Below are positions 1 through 53,000 of a stretch of 64,000 nucleotides of DNA, piece after piece. The DNA lies in NCBI GenBank assembly GCA_028534125.1, contig CM052832.1, forward strand, positions 16,182,001-16,246,000. The letters run 5' to 3'. Source of the stretch: Lama glama. Taxonomy: Eukaryota. The notes under the pieces are model-generated. The model was not told the DNA's origin. It saw only the letters and a program-made list of their open reading frames with translations, and ran no database searches. Within the stretch, counting starts at the first letter, position 1; each line of letters starts with the position of its first letter. Position numbers and translations under genes: made by a program.

Positions 1-26400
<26,400 letters not shown>

Positions 26401-26571
26401 GCCGCTGCTCACCCCTCCAGCGCCCCACTATGACTGCCGAGCACTGAGGGGTTGCGCTGAGAGAAGAGCCAGGGGCCACGTTCACCATCCAGCCGTCAGC
26501 AGAAGCCTTCTCCACCCGCGATCTCACAGCACCATGTTTACAGGGGGGAGGGACGAGGTTTGTATGGGAGC

Positions 26572-26577
26572 AATAAA
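26572..26577 (+). terminator. TNXB polyadenylation signal
   Basis: AATAAA about 170 nt after the TNXB stop codon. Confidence 0.8.
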
Positions 26578-26625
26578 AGGAGAAACTGAGGCACGTGACT
26601 GGCGCGAGTCCTGCCCTGTCACTGG

Positions 26626-29202
26626 TCACTGGCACTCCCCCAGGCCCGGGGCCTCCGCCTCCCGAGGCTGCAGCCGCACCTGGAAAGGCTGCATCTTGAG
26701 GTTGAGGCCGCAGTAGGGATAGGGTTGCAGCGAGGGCAAGGCGCCCGCAGGAGGCAGCAGCGTGAAGGCCCGGAGCAGGTGCACCAGCACCACGAAGAGC
26801 TCCAGGCGCGCCAGCGGCTCGCCCAGGCACACGCGCGCCCCGCAGCCAAACGCCAACACGCAGGGGTTGGCGCCCGGGCCCAGGAAGCGGTCTGCAGGCG
26901 GAAGGACAGACCCGGGGTTCAGCGGCCGCCAGCCCCAGCCTCCGCTGCCCCCACGCCCCGGGCCCCCGCCTCGCCACGCACCCGGCCGGAACTCGTGAGG
27001 CTGCTCCCAGACCGTCTCGTCCAGGTGGGCGCCTTGGAGGTTGGGGATGACCACCATGCCCTCGGGGATGTCGTAGCCGAAGATGCTGAGGGAGGGGTGC
27101 AGTTAGAGGCCGGCTGGGAACCCCTGGGGCCTTCCCCGCTCATCCCTGCCCCTTGGGAGTCACCTGCTACGCCGCGTGGCGCGGTGCGGCAAGGCCAAGG
27201 GCACGACGGGCCGCAGGCGCAGCACCTCCGCGATGGTGGCGTTGAGCAAGGGCAGCCGAGCCCGGTCCTTGAATGGGACTCGGGCGCCTGAGGCTCTGGG
27301 GCCCAGCTCACGATCCAGCTCCTCCTGCAGTCGCTGCTGAATCTGGGGAAGGGGTCAAGACTGGTATCAGGGGTCCAAGCCCTGCCGCTGGCCTATAGGG
27401 AGCTGCCCAGCCTCCCACCACGTCCTGGAGCAACTCACAGGAGACTTCATGCCAATTAGGGGAAGCCCCTCCCAAACCATCCCATCCCCCCAGCCCCTCC
27501 CCACCCCCACCCCCACCCCCAGCACAGCCTACATCAGGATGGAGCCAGCTGGGTTCCTGCTGCCCTGGCCAGGCTGCCAGGAAGGAGCCTTTTGCCTGCC
27601 TCCAGAGCATACCTCAGGGTGGTGAAGCAGGAAGGCCACAGCCCAGGAAAGGGTTATCGCCGTGGTCTCAGTGCCACCGATGAAAAGGTCCACCACAGAC
27701 ATATGCACGTGCCCTTCGAGGAGCTGTCCAGGGCCCTCTCCCTCTCTTGGCCTCCCCACCCCTTGGAGCATGTAGTCCACCATGTCCCTCCACTGGCCGG
27801 CCACCATGCTCTCCTGGGGAGGGGAGGAGGAGCAGGCCTGAGCACCTGGCTTCGGGCAGGGGTTCTGGGGGTGGCAACAGGTCCAGGACTGGTGGGATGC
27901 CGAAGAAGCTGCCTAGCTCTGGGGCAGGAGCATCACTGCTATGGGCTGAGGGGGAGCCCGGTCCACGCATGGTTCCCACCTTGTGCCGCCTCAGCTGCTT
28001 CTCTACAATGTGGTCCCTGTTCTCCAAGGCCTGCTTCAGCCTCCAGAGGCTGGGGTTGGGGAAGAACTGGGGCAGAACGCAAGAGAGTGTAGCTGCTGGG
28101 AAGGAAGCCTGTTCCCCCCACCCTTTCTCCCAGGACCCAGGTGTTCCGGGGCTCCGTCTCCTCACCCTGAGAAAGGGAACCATGTCCAACATTTGGAGGG
28201 ACCAGTGGTCCCAGGTTTTCATCAAGTCTTGGACACAGTCATGAATGGCATGTACTAAGGTCTCCTCCTGCTGGGAAAGGATGGGATCCTTTCAGTTCAG
28301 GACAAGGAGAGGGCCAGGGAGGGGCTGTGGGGTGGGCCCAAACATCTGTGAGAGCAAGAGAGCCTTGACCTTGTCTCCAAAGGTAAGGTAACAGATGATG
28401 CTGCAGGTGAGGAAAGAAAATTCCTTCTGGATGGTCACAGGGGCACCGGCCTGGGCTCTCATGCGCTATGGAAAAGGGGCGTGAACTAAATAGGGGGCCT
28501 GCCAAGAGGGGCGAAGCTAACCCCGGGGGACTGCGGGAGTCCAGCCTTACCTCACAGAACTCCTGGGTCAGCTGCTCCACCCAGGGCTCCATGGAGTTGC
28601 GGATGCCCAGCAGCAGGGCAGAGCGGGTGAGCTTCTTGTGGGCCTTCCAGAGCAGGGAGTAGTCCCCCAGGGAGATGTCCTCACAGTGCTGAGACACCAG
28701 CTTGTCTGTGAGTAGGGGTTGGGGGTGGGGTGTCCAACTGACCAAGGAAGCCATGGGCCTGCCCTTCCCTGCCTCCCACAGCCCCTGCTTCTTCCGGAAA
28801 CGCCCCCTCCCCTTACAGGATGGTATCTGGGGTCTGCCAGCGAAGTCCACCCACTTCCTGACCATGGCCTCCTCAATGGTCCTCTTGGAGTTCAGCACCA
28901 CCACATCTGGGGAAAGGAAACGAAGGAGGTCAGCAGGGAGCAGACCGCCCCTCCCCGCTGTGGTGGGGCCGGGGAGGGAGCAGCCTCTCACCTTGCAGCC
29001 CAAGGCGGAGCCTGTAGATAGGCCCGAGTTTCTGAGTCAGGCCAAGTAGATAGATGGGGAGGTTGGGCTGCAGCAGGTGCAAGAAGCCAGGAACAAGAGG
29101 GGGGAGATGGAGGCTCCTGAGCTTCCACTGGCCCCACAGCAGGCGAGCGCCGGCTAGCAGGGCCAGCAGCAGCGGCAGCAGCAGCAGCCCCACGGGGACC
29201 AT
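26626..29202 (-). CDS. CYP21A2: Steroid 21-hydroxylase (cytochrome P450 21), 10 exons, 496 aa, intact
   Basis: Exons 29202-28992, 28906-28817, 28705-28551, 28465-28370, 28267-28166, 28066-27980, 27813-27613, 27342-27164, 27085-26982, 26891-26626 (sum 1491 nt). Leu-rich anchor, PPLVPGFLH hinge, I-helix IGGTETTA, ExxR, heme motif [10 protein letters not shown]. Confidence 0.98.
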
Positions 29203-29238
29203 GGTTGGAGACCCATGCCAAGGCCCTGGCCCGGCCAC

Positions 29239-29460
29239 TTATAGCTCTTGAGACCCTCATCCATCTGGCTACTTGGGCGGTTCTGAGACCTCCCTTGAGT
29301 CCTTCTCTCAGGCCCCTGCCCACTGTACCGCCCACAAAGTGGCACATTCCTGGAATGGCACCAGTCCTCTTGGCCTTGGAAAATCCCCATTTCAAAGAGC
29401 AGGCCTTTTCCATTCATCTATCAAGAAGAAAGGAAGGGAAACACAACCCTGACCTTCTCG
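29239..29460 (-). promoter_or_regulatory. CYP21A2 proximal promoter
   Basis: Minus-strand TATAA at 29243-29239; NR5A1/SF-1 consensus CCAAGGCCA at 29379-29371; AGAAGGTCA nuclear-receptor half-site at 29458-29450. Confidence 0.7.
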
Positions 29461-30999
29461 AACAGCTAGAATCCACTTTCTGGCTACACGTCAATCATAC
29501 AGGAAGAAGTGGCCACTCTCCGGTCTGAGCCTGCTCCCGCTCCCACCCCACCTTAGAGCAGATTCCTGCTCTGGAGTTTGTCTCGGAGGGAAAATGACAA
29601 TCCCTGACTAATACGCCCTCCAGGATTTCCTGAAGAACAAACTGAGATGAAAGTGATCTGTGTGTTTTTGTAACTTCCATGTAGAGGATGCAGATATCCT
29701 GGTTAGCCTGGGTTATCCCAGTTTATACCTGTAGCCCCAGTGTCATCATTAATAGTGCCCCATTTCACTCTCAAAAGTTGAAGATGAAGAATTACATGGT
29801 CCCCCAATTTGGAGCTCTTACCACGTGCCTGATGCTCGTTGGTTGCAAGGAAAAGTGACCCACTTGATCTGGCTTGAGCCAAACACAACTGTTCTGTAAA
29901 TACAGGGGTATCTTCTGGAACCCAAGAGCAGGAAAGTACGAGGGACCTATTGGCCTTGGAAGGTCAGGGATAGGGGACAAGAAAAGCTTTAGAAACGGGG
30001 CCGATCCCTCATTCTTCATTCCTCCCTCCTCTTTGCCTGCTGACCCCTCCTCCCTCTCCGCAGTCAAGCTGCTTGTGCTCCCAGGTGCAGGCAGAACAGG
30101 GCTGCCTTCGGTGTTAGAGCCCACAGGTTACAGGTCTAGCCCCAGGGCAAGTGGGGTTTCCTCGCTGAACATGCCCCCCGTTGATTCCAAAGTCCCCAGG
30201 AGGGAACTTGATAACTACAGCTGGGATCAGGGCTCCAGCCCTATTCTGGGAGCCATAGCCATAAGGGGTGGGGTCCCACTGGATCAAGTAGGGCTGTCAG
30301 GGACCACTTTTACAGGTGAGGAGGCAGTGGAGGGGCTTATAGGAAGGGCTTGGGGAGAGGTCATGCCAAAGAGAGGCAGCAGGTTTCAGTGAAAGTTTGG
30401 GGCATCTAAGCGGTGGGGCTGATGGCTTAGAGGTGATCTGAGGCCCATGCATCTCCCAATTCCCCATCCCTGGCTTTTTGAACTGACCCCAGTGGGGTTG
30501 GGATGCTCAGAGATTTAACCAGAGCAAGGCTGTGCCACCCACTAGCTTGAAGCGTTAACCGCTGGGGGTCCCGATGGAGGAGGCTCAGCCCAGATCCATG
30601 CCCAGGGTGAGGAGGGAGAAAATGGGGTGGGGTTTCTGGGATTGGGCAGCAACAGCTGGTACCTTCCTTGTGGTTGACCTCCCAGCCCCAGGCCACATCT
30701 TGACACAAGCGTTAGCTTAATCTCTTGTTCTTACAAATGGGTTTATGCCACCACCAGGCCAATCAGCCTTTGGGAGAGATCTGATGGGCAGCAACCGGGC
30801 CATGTAAACAACAGTCCTCGGAAGCCTCTGAAGTACTGGCGAAGGTCGGGACTTCTCAAAGCTACATTGGGATAGGAGGGGGCCTCCACTCAAAAGGAGA
30901 GAGACCTGGAATGCTGGCATGCTTGTGACCATCCCTTCATGAACTGACACCATTTACCTTGCCAGCCCCATCTGTTCCACACCACCTCCACTTCAAAAT

Positions 31000-31330
31000 C
31001 CCAGACATGAATGTCTACATGCCGTGCCCCTAAATGTGCCCTGTCCTGTCCCTAGCCTCTAGGCCTTTTATATTTTCTTCTACCACAAACACTCTCATCT
31101 ATCCCTACTCTTTATCTTTCAGAATCCAACTTAGATGTCACTTCCTCCAGGAAGCCTCCCCTGGACTCCTCACATACCCCCAGACTGAGTCAGATGCCTC
31201 AACTCTGTGCCGCACAGGACCTTGCAGCTCCCTGACATCACACCTTTCATGGAGGGTGGGGGCCTGGCACGAGGCATGGCATGGAGGGAGAATTCCACAA
31301 ATTTCTGTTAAATGGTTGAATGGCAGGCTG
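31000..31330 (+). mobile_element. L2 LINE 3' fragment
   Basis: AGATGTCACTTCCTCCAGGAAGCCTCCCTG…GCCTGGCAC…TGTTAAATGGTTGAATG. Confidence 0.65.
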
Positions 31331-32152
31331 TTGTGCTGTTTCCATCAAAATTGAACTCATCAAATTTCTCCATCCTCTCACTTTCAATCTATGTGTGTCC
31401 TTCACCCTAAAGTGGGTCTCTTGTAGGCTCTTGCTTTATTAGCCAATCTTCAGCAAATTTTTCAATGAACTTCTAGGTCAGCCTTGAAGACCCAAGGAGT
31501 GCCACCCAATGGGAAGAGCCGGACAGGCAGGTGGCAAGGGTTGACCCCAGTAGAATAGCAGTCCCTGCAGAGAATTAACAAATACACCAAAGTCGGCCTT
31601 TTGGTTTGTTTAAAATCAGCCTCTAGATGCAGACATCATTGACCTGAAGATTGCACAACCTTCTGGGAGAGTTACATAATGCGGCTAATTAAGGGATTGA
31701 GTGCCAAACGGGCCAGGTCTCGACTGCCAGCTGCATGATGCCAGAGTGGAAGACGTGTGGCTGGACACTGCTCCCGAGGCAGAAGGGCTGAGGTGCTGGT
31801 CAGCACGAGCCCCGCCGAAGGCCACAGTGACGGACTGCCTGGGCGCAGGGAGGGCCCTGCAGGCACAGTGGAAGGGAGGCCTTGGTGTGGACATTGGATC
31901 CCCAGAGTGCAGGGTGATCTGTTGGGTCACAAGTCTGCTTGGGGTGGTCCTATGAGAGACTGAGCTCCGAGGGAGTCATCTGTGGGGGTGTGGGGTAGGG
32001 TTCAGGCAGAGCTGGACACTGCAAGGGTCACCTCAGCTCTGACAGCCTAAGATTATGCAACCCCTGGCCTGGGCCCCCCAAACCTGGAAGGGGCGGTGGG
32101 GATACTGGTCCCAGCCCTGGAGAGGCACACTGACACTTTGCTGCCAAAGGCC

Positions 32153-32158
32153 TTTATT
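32153..32158 (-). terminator. C4 polyadenylation signal
   Basis: AATAAA on the minus strand about 110 nt after the TAG. Confidence 0.8.
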
Positions 32159-32268
32159 GAGTCCCCGGTCCTGCCTGGGGCTATGTTCAGGGGACCAGGC
32201 ACAGCACCCATCCAGGCGTGAGCTTTCCCTGGCTCAGGCTCCTCCCGGGGCAGGCGGGAGGGCAGCCG

Positions 32269-46050
<13,782 letters not shown>

Positions 46051-46079
46051 GGCTGGAGCACCTCAGAGGGATCAGACCC

Positions 46080-46230
46080 GTCTGCCTGCCTGCTCCCTTC
46101 TGGTCAACCTCGGGCTTGGAGCATATTTGACTCTGGACCTTGCTCCTCCCCTGGCCCAGCTAAGTCGGGAAAGCACGTGACAGCCAAGAACTGCAACTGG
46201 CCCCAGGCCCAGTATTGGGGGGGGGGACCC
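46080..46230 (-). promoter_or_regulatory. C4 proximal promoter (no canonical TATA; E-box)
   Basis: CACGTG at 46174-46179, about 125 nt upstream of the ATG, matching the USF-type E-box described for C4 promoters. Confidence 0.6.
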
Positions 46231-46614
46231 GGGACACCTGGGTCTCTGAGGGAGTCTGAGGAAATCATGGCCCAGAGAGATAGCCAGTCCTTCCCTGTTA
46301 ACCCCTTTCATCCCAGTTTCCTGGGCACCTCCCGCTACTGGGTCTATCTGGGTGTGTGTAAGCATACACATGCTCGAGTACAGCACGTATACACGTACAT
46401 GGGTGCACGAGGGCCCAGCTGCTTGCTGAGCCGCTTGACTCCTTTGTCGGTCTTAACAAAGCAAGGTACTTAGACACCTGCCTCTCGCTATAACCCCCAC
46501 AAAAACAACTACGCGAAGTTTTTGCTTTTTGTAGGCTTTAACAGAAACTCTGTGGTTTAGGAGATCAGGCGCACCCTCACCACCCCGTGAGGGGAATTGA
46601 ACTCAGTGTCCTTT

Positions 46615-46749
46615 TTTATTCTCTGAACCAAGAGGCAAAGCTCAGGCCCAAGTTTGGCTTTACCTCTATCCCCAAATGAGGCACCTGGACACACCTGTCA
46701 CGTTAAACAAAAGACATCCAGCAAATATCACAGGCAGAAGTACTTTATT
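46615..46749 (-). terminator. STK19 polyadenylation signals (two AATAAA)
   Basis: TTTATT on + at 46744-46749 and 46615-46620. Confidence 0.65.
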
Positions 46750-47087
46750 TGGCAGTTTCAAGCCAACATATAGGGGAAGAACCCTGCTGTCCTTCACCAG
46801 CCTCCCCAGGAACCCCTCCTTCCCATGTCAAGACAGAGCAGCGGCACCTCACTGCATGAAAGGCAGCGGCCATGGCCTTGGCCCGGTTTCTGGTTCCACT
46901 TCAGTGAAAGGGCAAAGGAGCATTGCCGAAACCCCAGGTAAACAGCAGCAGTCACATCTGACCCTTTGCACGGATGCAAGCCCAACACTCATCGTGGCTC
47001 CCGAGCCTTCCCAAGGTGACCCCATCTCAGCACTCCTGGGCCCCCCTCTCCCCACTCTGGGGAAGGTTGCCATGACGAGCAGAATCC

Positions 47088-50000
47088 TCACGTCTCCGGC
47101 AGGCGGAGGAGGGTTCCAGAAGTGGTGGAGACGCTGCAAGAGAGACAAGGCTTGAGCCAGATGCCTAGGCCCAGGGTCTGGGGGGAACTCAGAACTCGGC
47201 CACAGAGGTGCCTGGGTTCCAGAGAATGAGAGAGGAGCTAGGCTTCTTCACTACTGAATGAAGAGTGAGTCGGGGGGAATCCAACCTTTGGGTCATGGAC
47301 CCGTCATCTGCCAGACACTGGGGGTGAGACTCACCAGTCCACCAGCTGGGCCCCAATGAGGTCATGCACGTGGTAGGCGAGGCCAAGTCTCACCGCAGCA
47401 GGTGCCCGCCGGCCTAGGAGCTCCGAAAGGAGTAACTCCCGGTACTTGGCCTTCCGGACCATGCCAAGGACAGCCTGGCGCCCTGGAGGAGAGGTGGCAC
47501 AGGAGAGGGGAAAGGTGAGTGAGGCCTGGAGGCCTGAGGAGTCACCAAAAGGCATTCTTGAGGGGCTGCGGGCTTTAGCTGCAGACAGGCTACCTTTAAC
47601 AAAATACTTGATGAATCTCCCAGCTCCAGGCACAGCTAACCACCAACTTCCAGCATCTCGGACAGTGAGGACTCCAGCATTCACCAGCTGCCTGAGGCAG
47701 GAGAAATGAGGCATTGGCTCTAAGAACCCTCTCTCCTCCTCACCTGGTCATCTTTGGACACTAAGTCTCCAGAAGCCTGAATACCCACACAAGGAGACTG
47801 AATAAGAGAAGCCCACCTGGGGCAGTTCTCTGCTCACACCATGCTGCTCAGTGCCCCGTGCTCTTGCTCGCTCCATTCTCCTCCCTGACTGCCCTCCCCC
47901 AACTCCTTCTTTTCCTGTTACTATTACACGTTCACTAAGACAGCTTCTCTCGGAAGCCCTCCTTGACTACATGCCCCAACGCACTCAGTCCCACCACCAG
48001 GGGAGAAACAAGGCTCCTGCCACTACCTACGCAGACCTTACCATAGCTCTTCCCACATTGTACTGAAAAGGAGTGTAAAATGCTTTCACGTCTACCATGG
48101 GTTACGAAGCAGGGAGCTTGAGCCAGACACAGGCTCCTGAAATGATATTCTTACTTAGCCCTTGCTTGGTTGCTGTTCTTTTGATCGTGAATGCTTTCGG
48201 GGCATCAGAGTCCCTACCATCCTCTAGTTTCTTGGTTTCAGCACAATTCACATCTGGCCTTTATGGTTCCTGTCAGACCTCCCTTTGTATCTGATTAGCC
48301 ACTCAGATCTCCTGAATTTTACTCCAGGGCTCTTTCCAAGGCCCCAGGTAAGACAGGCCTCTTCTCTTGGGGAAACATAAACTTAGGTCATTTTATTTGA
48401 ACTTTAGTTCACCAAAAAGAAGAGGACAAGGCTGGATAGGGCTGGAGGGAGGGAGGGATAGGCCAGATGCCTGATTCTGTTGGTCCCCCAGGTCTCACGT
48501 GATTTCTGGGTCCCTGAAGCCAAAGGTCTGTGTCATTTGGTCCTGCTGGAAGCTAAGGTCGCTACAGGCTGGAAGCACCGAAGCCAGAAACTTTTGCACT
48601 GCGCCAGCATAGGGGCGCCCATCACAAGCCTTGAGGACCTGGAACCAGAAGTGAGAGATGTGGTCTGGCCCCACTTTCACCCTCCACCAATCTCCGAACC
48701 CACGACAACATGTCTCTTCCTATGTTTTCCCTTCTGCTCAAGTCCTTCTCCCTCTCATACTCTTCCTCCTCCTCATACTAATAATTAACCAGAGCCCTGT
48801 GCCTTCTCAGTAAGATTTGAGGTGGGGTAATTGTCTCTTTTTTTTAACATGTGCATTCCCGAATTTCTCGGCACCCCCCTCCCCCGGCCTCAGTGACACA
48901 AACACAGTCACACGCACTCTGGTCCTGTAGTCCTCAGTGAAGATAATTCCTTGGGCATCCAAGTCGAAGCCTAGCTGGACGATTCTGATCTCCCCCTGCT
49001 CTTGAAGTGCCTTCTATCTCCAGAGAGATGAGAATAAAAAGAAGGGTATCAGGGTAAGATGCTCTGCTATACTTTGGAAACTTCTGGGCAGGGAGATTTT
49101 GTTTGCTAGCATTGGGGAGTTTCTCCCTAAGTAAAGGAAAAATTATGGTGAGAGAATCAGGTGATCATCAAATAGCATTTTCCAATTAGTTTTCCATCCA
49201 CTCACCTCATCAGTTATCTGTCTGATAAAATAGCAATTAAGACACAGGCCCTGCCCTCAAGGAATGAACAGTCTAGATTTTGGGTGGGGGAAGGTGGGGA
49301 GGAATATGGGAGAAAATGTTTAAAACAAAAATAAACTGGGACTTCCATTTGCAGGAATACAGTAAGACCAACTCACTCGCTGAAAATTATATAAAATTCT
49401 GGATAAAATATTATTTTTAAAATTGTTTAAGTATTAAAGAGCTCACAAGGTAATAAGGAATTACCAGACTAATATAGTATCTACGTGAAAACAAGAGCTC
49501 ACAGAAGAAATTGGGACACAGAGTGCATTTGATGATTTAGGCAAATCCATCCAACACATAGTCAAAATTAACTGGGCACAAGGAAACAAAACTCAAAAAA
49601 GAAACAGACAATAGAAACAAACCTAAAAGGACATGGTATAGTGAAATTACCAAAGACAGGCTTTTTTTAAAAACTATGCTTATAATGCTAAAATAAATAA
49701 AAGCCAAGATGGAAAATTTCAGCACAAAATTATAAAAATTGACATAATGGACTTCAAAGACATCTCAGTAGAAATTCTAGAACTCAAAAATAAAGCAGGT
49801 GCAATTAAGAACTCAATGAATGGGCTTAGTAGATTAAGGCACGGCTAAATAAAAAGCTATTAATCTGGAAAACAGATTTTTTAAAAACCAACCAGAATAT
49901 GATAAAGGTAGTCAAAAACACTGAAAATGCAGACAAGAGGCTAAGAGACTTAAAGGATACAAAGAGATGATCCACTTTATGTTTAGTTGGAGTCCCAGAA

Positions 50001-53000
50001 AGAAAGAAAAGCAATAAGGAGGTGTGGGAAATATCTGAAGTACCAATAACAAATCCACAATCACAAAAGTACATTAATCCAACTTGCATAAACTCATAGA
50101 ACAAACAGACGATACAGTAATCAGTGGGAAAATAAAAGATTTCAATAATAATTTTAGTTACTAAGAAATTAATAAGTGAAAAATCCATATTCTTTTCAAA
50201 TATACATAGAATATTTAGCAAAACTGACTATATTGCACGAAGCACACCTCAGTAAGTTTCGAATGACTAAAATCATAATATCGTGTCTGTTCTCTGTCAC
50301 AATATCATTTAAGCCAGAAATCGGCAACAATAAGGTAATAAGAAAATGGTTAGAAAGTAAGTCATACACTTCTAATCAACCCAATGAGTCAAAGAAAAAA
50401 AATCACAAAGGAAATTAGAAGCTGATGAAAACATATACTAAAACTTGGTAGATACAGATATAGGTACTGACATAGACATATGTCAATACTTAGGGGGAAA
50501 CTACAGCCTGACACCCATCTGTTAGAAAAGAATAGAGGATGAAAATCAATGGGAAAAAAAAAAGTAAGATAAACCCAACAGTACAGAGGAAACATGAATG
50601 AAACAGAATACATGCATTCAAGAGACAGCAACAAAGCTAAAAGTTAATTCTTTGAAAGACTATTAAAACTGGGAAACCCTGGTGAGACTGACCGAGAAAA
50701 ATGGATGGGGGAGCCTAGAAAAAGCACAGATGACCAATATAGAAAATGAAAAAAGGATCTTTTCTGCTGATTCTACAGACAATAAAATGAGATTATAAAC
50801 CTTACAGCAATAAATTTGAATATTTAGATGAAATTGACAAATTCCTAGAAAATATAATTTCTTCCACCAGAATGGACAGAAAAGGGTACATTCATAAAAG
50901 GGAAGTGTATGAAAATGAAAGTAACTATAGCTACATGCAACAATCTGGATGAATCTCAAAAATATTCATCTAATGAAACAAAATATAAACCAACACATAC
51001 GGTATGACTTTGTTTATAATCAAGTTCAAAAGTGGGTAAAACTAAGCATGTTGTTTATGGATAAACACATAGATGGTATAAAGAAAATCAAGGGAAACAT
51101 TTTCATACCAGTCAGGTATGTTACCTCCTGGGACATAAGGCATTTTGATCAGAGAACAATATATGCAGGCTGTGGCCGTGTCCTACAGTCTGACTTGGGT
51201 GATGGTTAAATAGGTATTTCCTTTATAAACATTCTTTTAAATTTTGTGTTTATATTTTCTGTTGTGCAACTTTAAAAGCTTTCCTAAAATTTAGGCTAAC
51301 ACCAGGAGGTTAAAAACAACCAAATACTCTAAGGAGTGGTTGTGACTCGCTTCCTTAAGAGACTGGAGCAAGTCCCCATCTTCCTTTTCTTCCCTCTTTT
51401 CTTCCTGACAGGTTGTCATAATAACCTGCTATCTGCTAAATCCAATTGGGTATTATTTTACTTGACCTCTTCACATACCACTGCCTTGAATCACAGATGC
51501 TAACACGGCCAACTACTCCACCTTCTTGAAAATTTCTCCTTTCTCAATAGGCCTCTTCCTGGGTTCCTCCTAATGACAATTCCTTCTCAGCCTCTTTCAC
51601 AGACTCGTCTTTCTCTGTTTTCCCCTTGTATCAGTGGATCTCAAATTTTAAGGCCCATTAAGAATTACCTGGGGCAGCAGCTTAAAAATATAGATTCCCA
51701 GGTCCTGCCCAAGAAATCTTCATTCATGAGCATAGAGTGAGTCCCAGGTATTTTTGAATAAGTAGTCCTGGTGATTCTGGTACAGGTAGAACTAAAGACA
51801 TACTTTGAGAAAGACTGCCTTAAGTTTTGGTATCTCCCAGCAATGGGGATTTGGCTCTGTTATCTTTCACTGCAAACCTAGGGTCCTTAAACCTTTGATC
51901 TCAGATCTGTGAAACAACCCCCTCCCCACCAAATTATACATACACCACATATATATATGACATATACATAGGACATATATGCGTTTTTCTAGAGAAAGAA
52001 CGCCATAGCTTTCATTATCTTCTAAAGTTTGTAAAACTCCTCACTTCCTATAGATCTCACCCACATCCAGAGACTGAACCACTACTCACAGCTCGACTTC
52101 CTCTATATCACTGACCCAGAATTCTCTCCAGCTGTCTAATGCACATTTGGCTTTCCATGCTCCAGCAGCACCTCCAACTCAACTTGAACAAAATTAAACA
52201 CATCATCTGCCCCCAACAAACAATTCAATATTCTTCTACTCTAATCACTCAGTCATCCAGAAAATCTCAGAATTTCCTTGATTCCTCCCACTTCCCACTC
52301 TCCACATCACTCACCCTCACCCATCCTCTCCCTCCCACTACACTGACCTCATTCAGGCCTTCACCAGTCCTCCACCAATCCTCAGCTGCAATAACTTCCT
52401 GGTTGACCTCCCTGCCTCATCTCACTACCTCCAATCTATGCAACACACCGCTGCCTCTCCTGTTTAACATTCTCTGCCAGCTCATTGCTTTAAATGTAAG
52501 ATGGAAACAACACTGTTGTACAAGGCCTGTCCTAATCTGACGCCTGCCTGCCTTCCCAGCGCTGTAGGCTCGAACCATGCCCGGTGAGGCAGTTTCCCCA
52601 AAAGCTTCGCTCTTCCACCGTCATGATTTGGCATGGTCTCTACTGCTGGAGGGTCTGCAGCATTCTCCTTGGCACCACAGTGCCTGGCACAATGTCTGGC
52701 CCAGAAAGACCCAACGCTTGCTGAATGGCAGAATAGTGGGCCGACCGACTGAGTGATAGGGAACATCGGAAGTGCCCTCGAGGCAAGTAAGCGCTTTCCG
52801 TCGGTCGCTCTGACGCCCCTCACCAGCTGCAGGTCAGCCACAGTTCGGTCGGGCACGAGACTGTAGACCTGGCTCCTCAACACGATGGGCGGTAGCGCAT
52901 CCTCGAACAGGACTCGTGGGAACAGCCGCACTAGCTCCGCGACGGCCGCGCGCGCAGACCCTGAGCGGAGAGACCGAGCCACTGAGACGTGAACTGGGGC

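Noticed and set aside
30717-30953. 78-aa ATG-initiated ORF between CYP21 and C4
   Set aside because: No recognisable homology or splice context; the sequence looks like a decayed LTR-type fragment, which I could not assign with confidence.
49537-51209. Hydrophobic or Lys-rich short ORFs in the STK19 intron
   Set aside because: Chance ORFs in a decayed A-rich L1.
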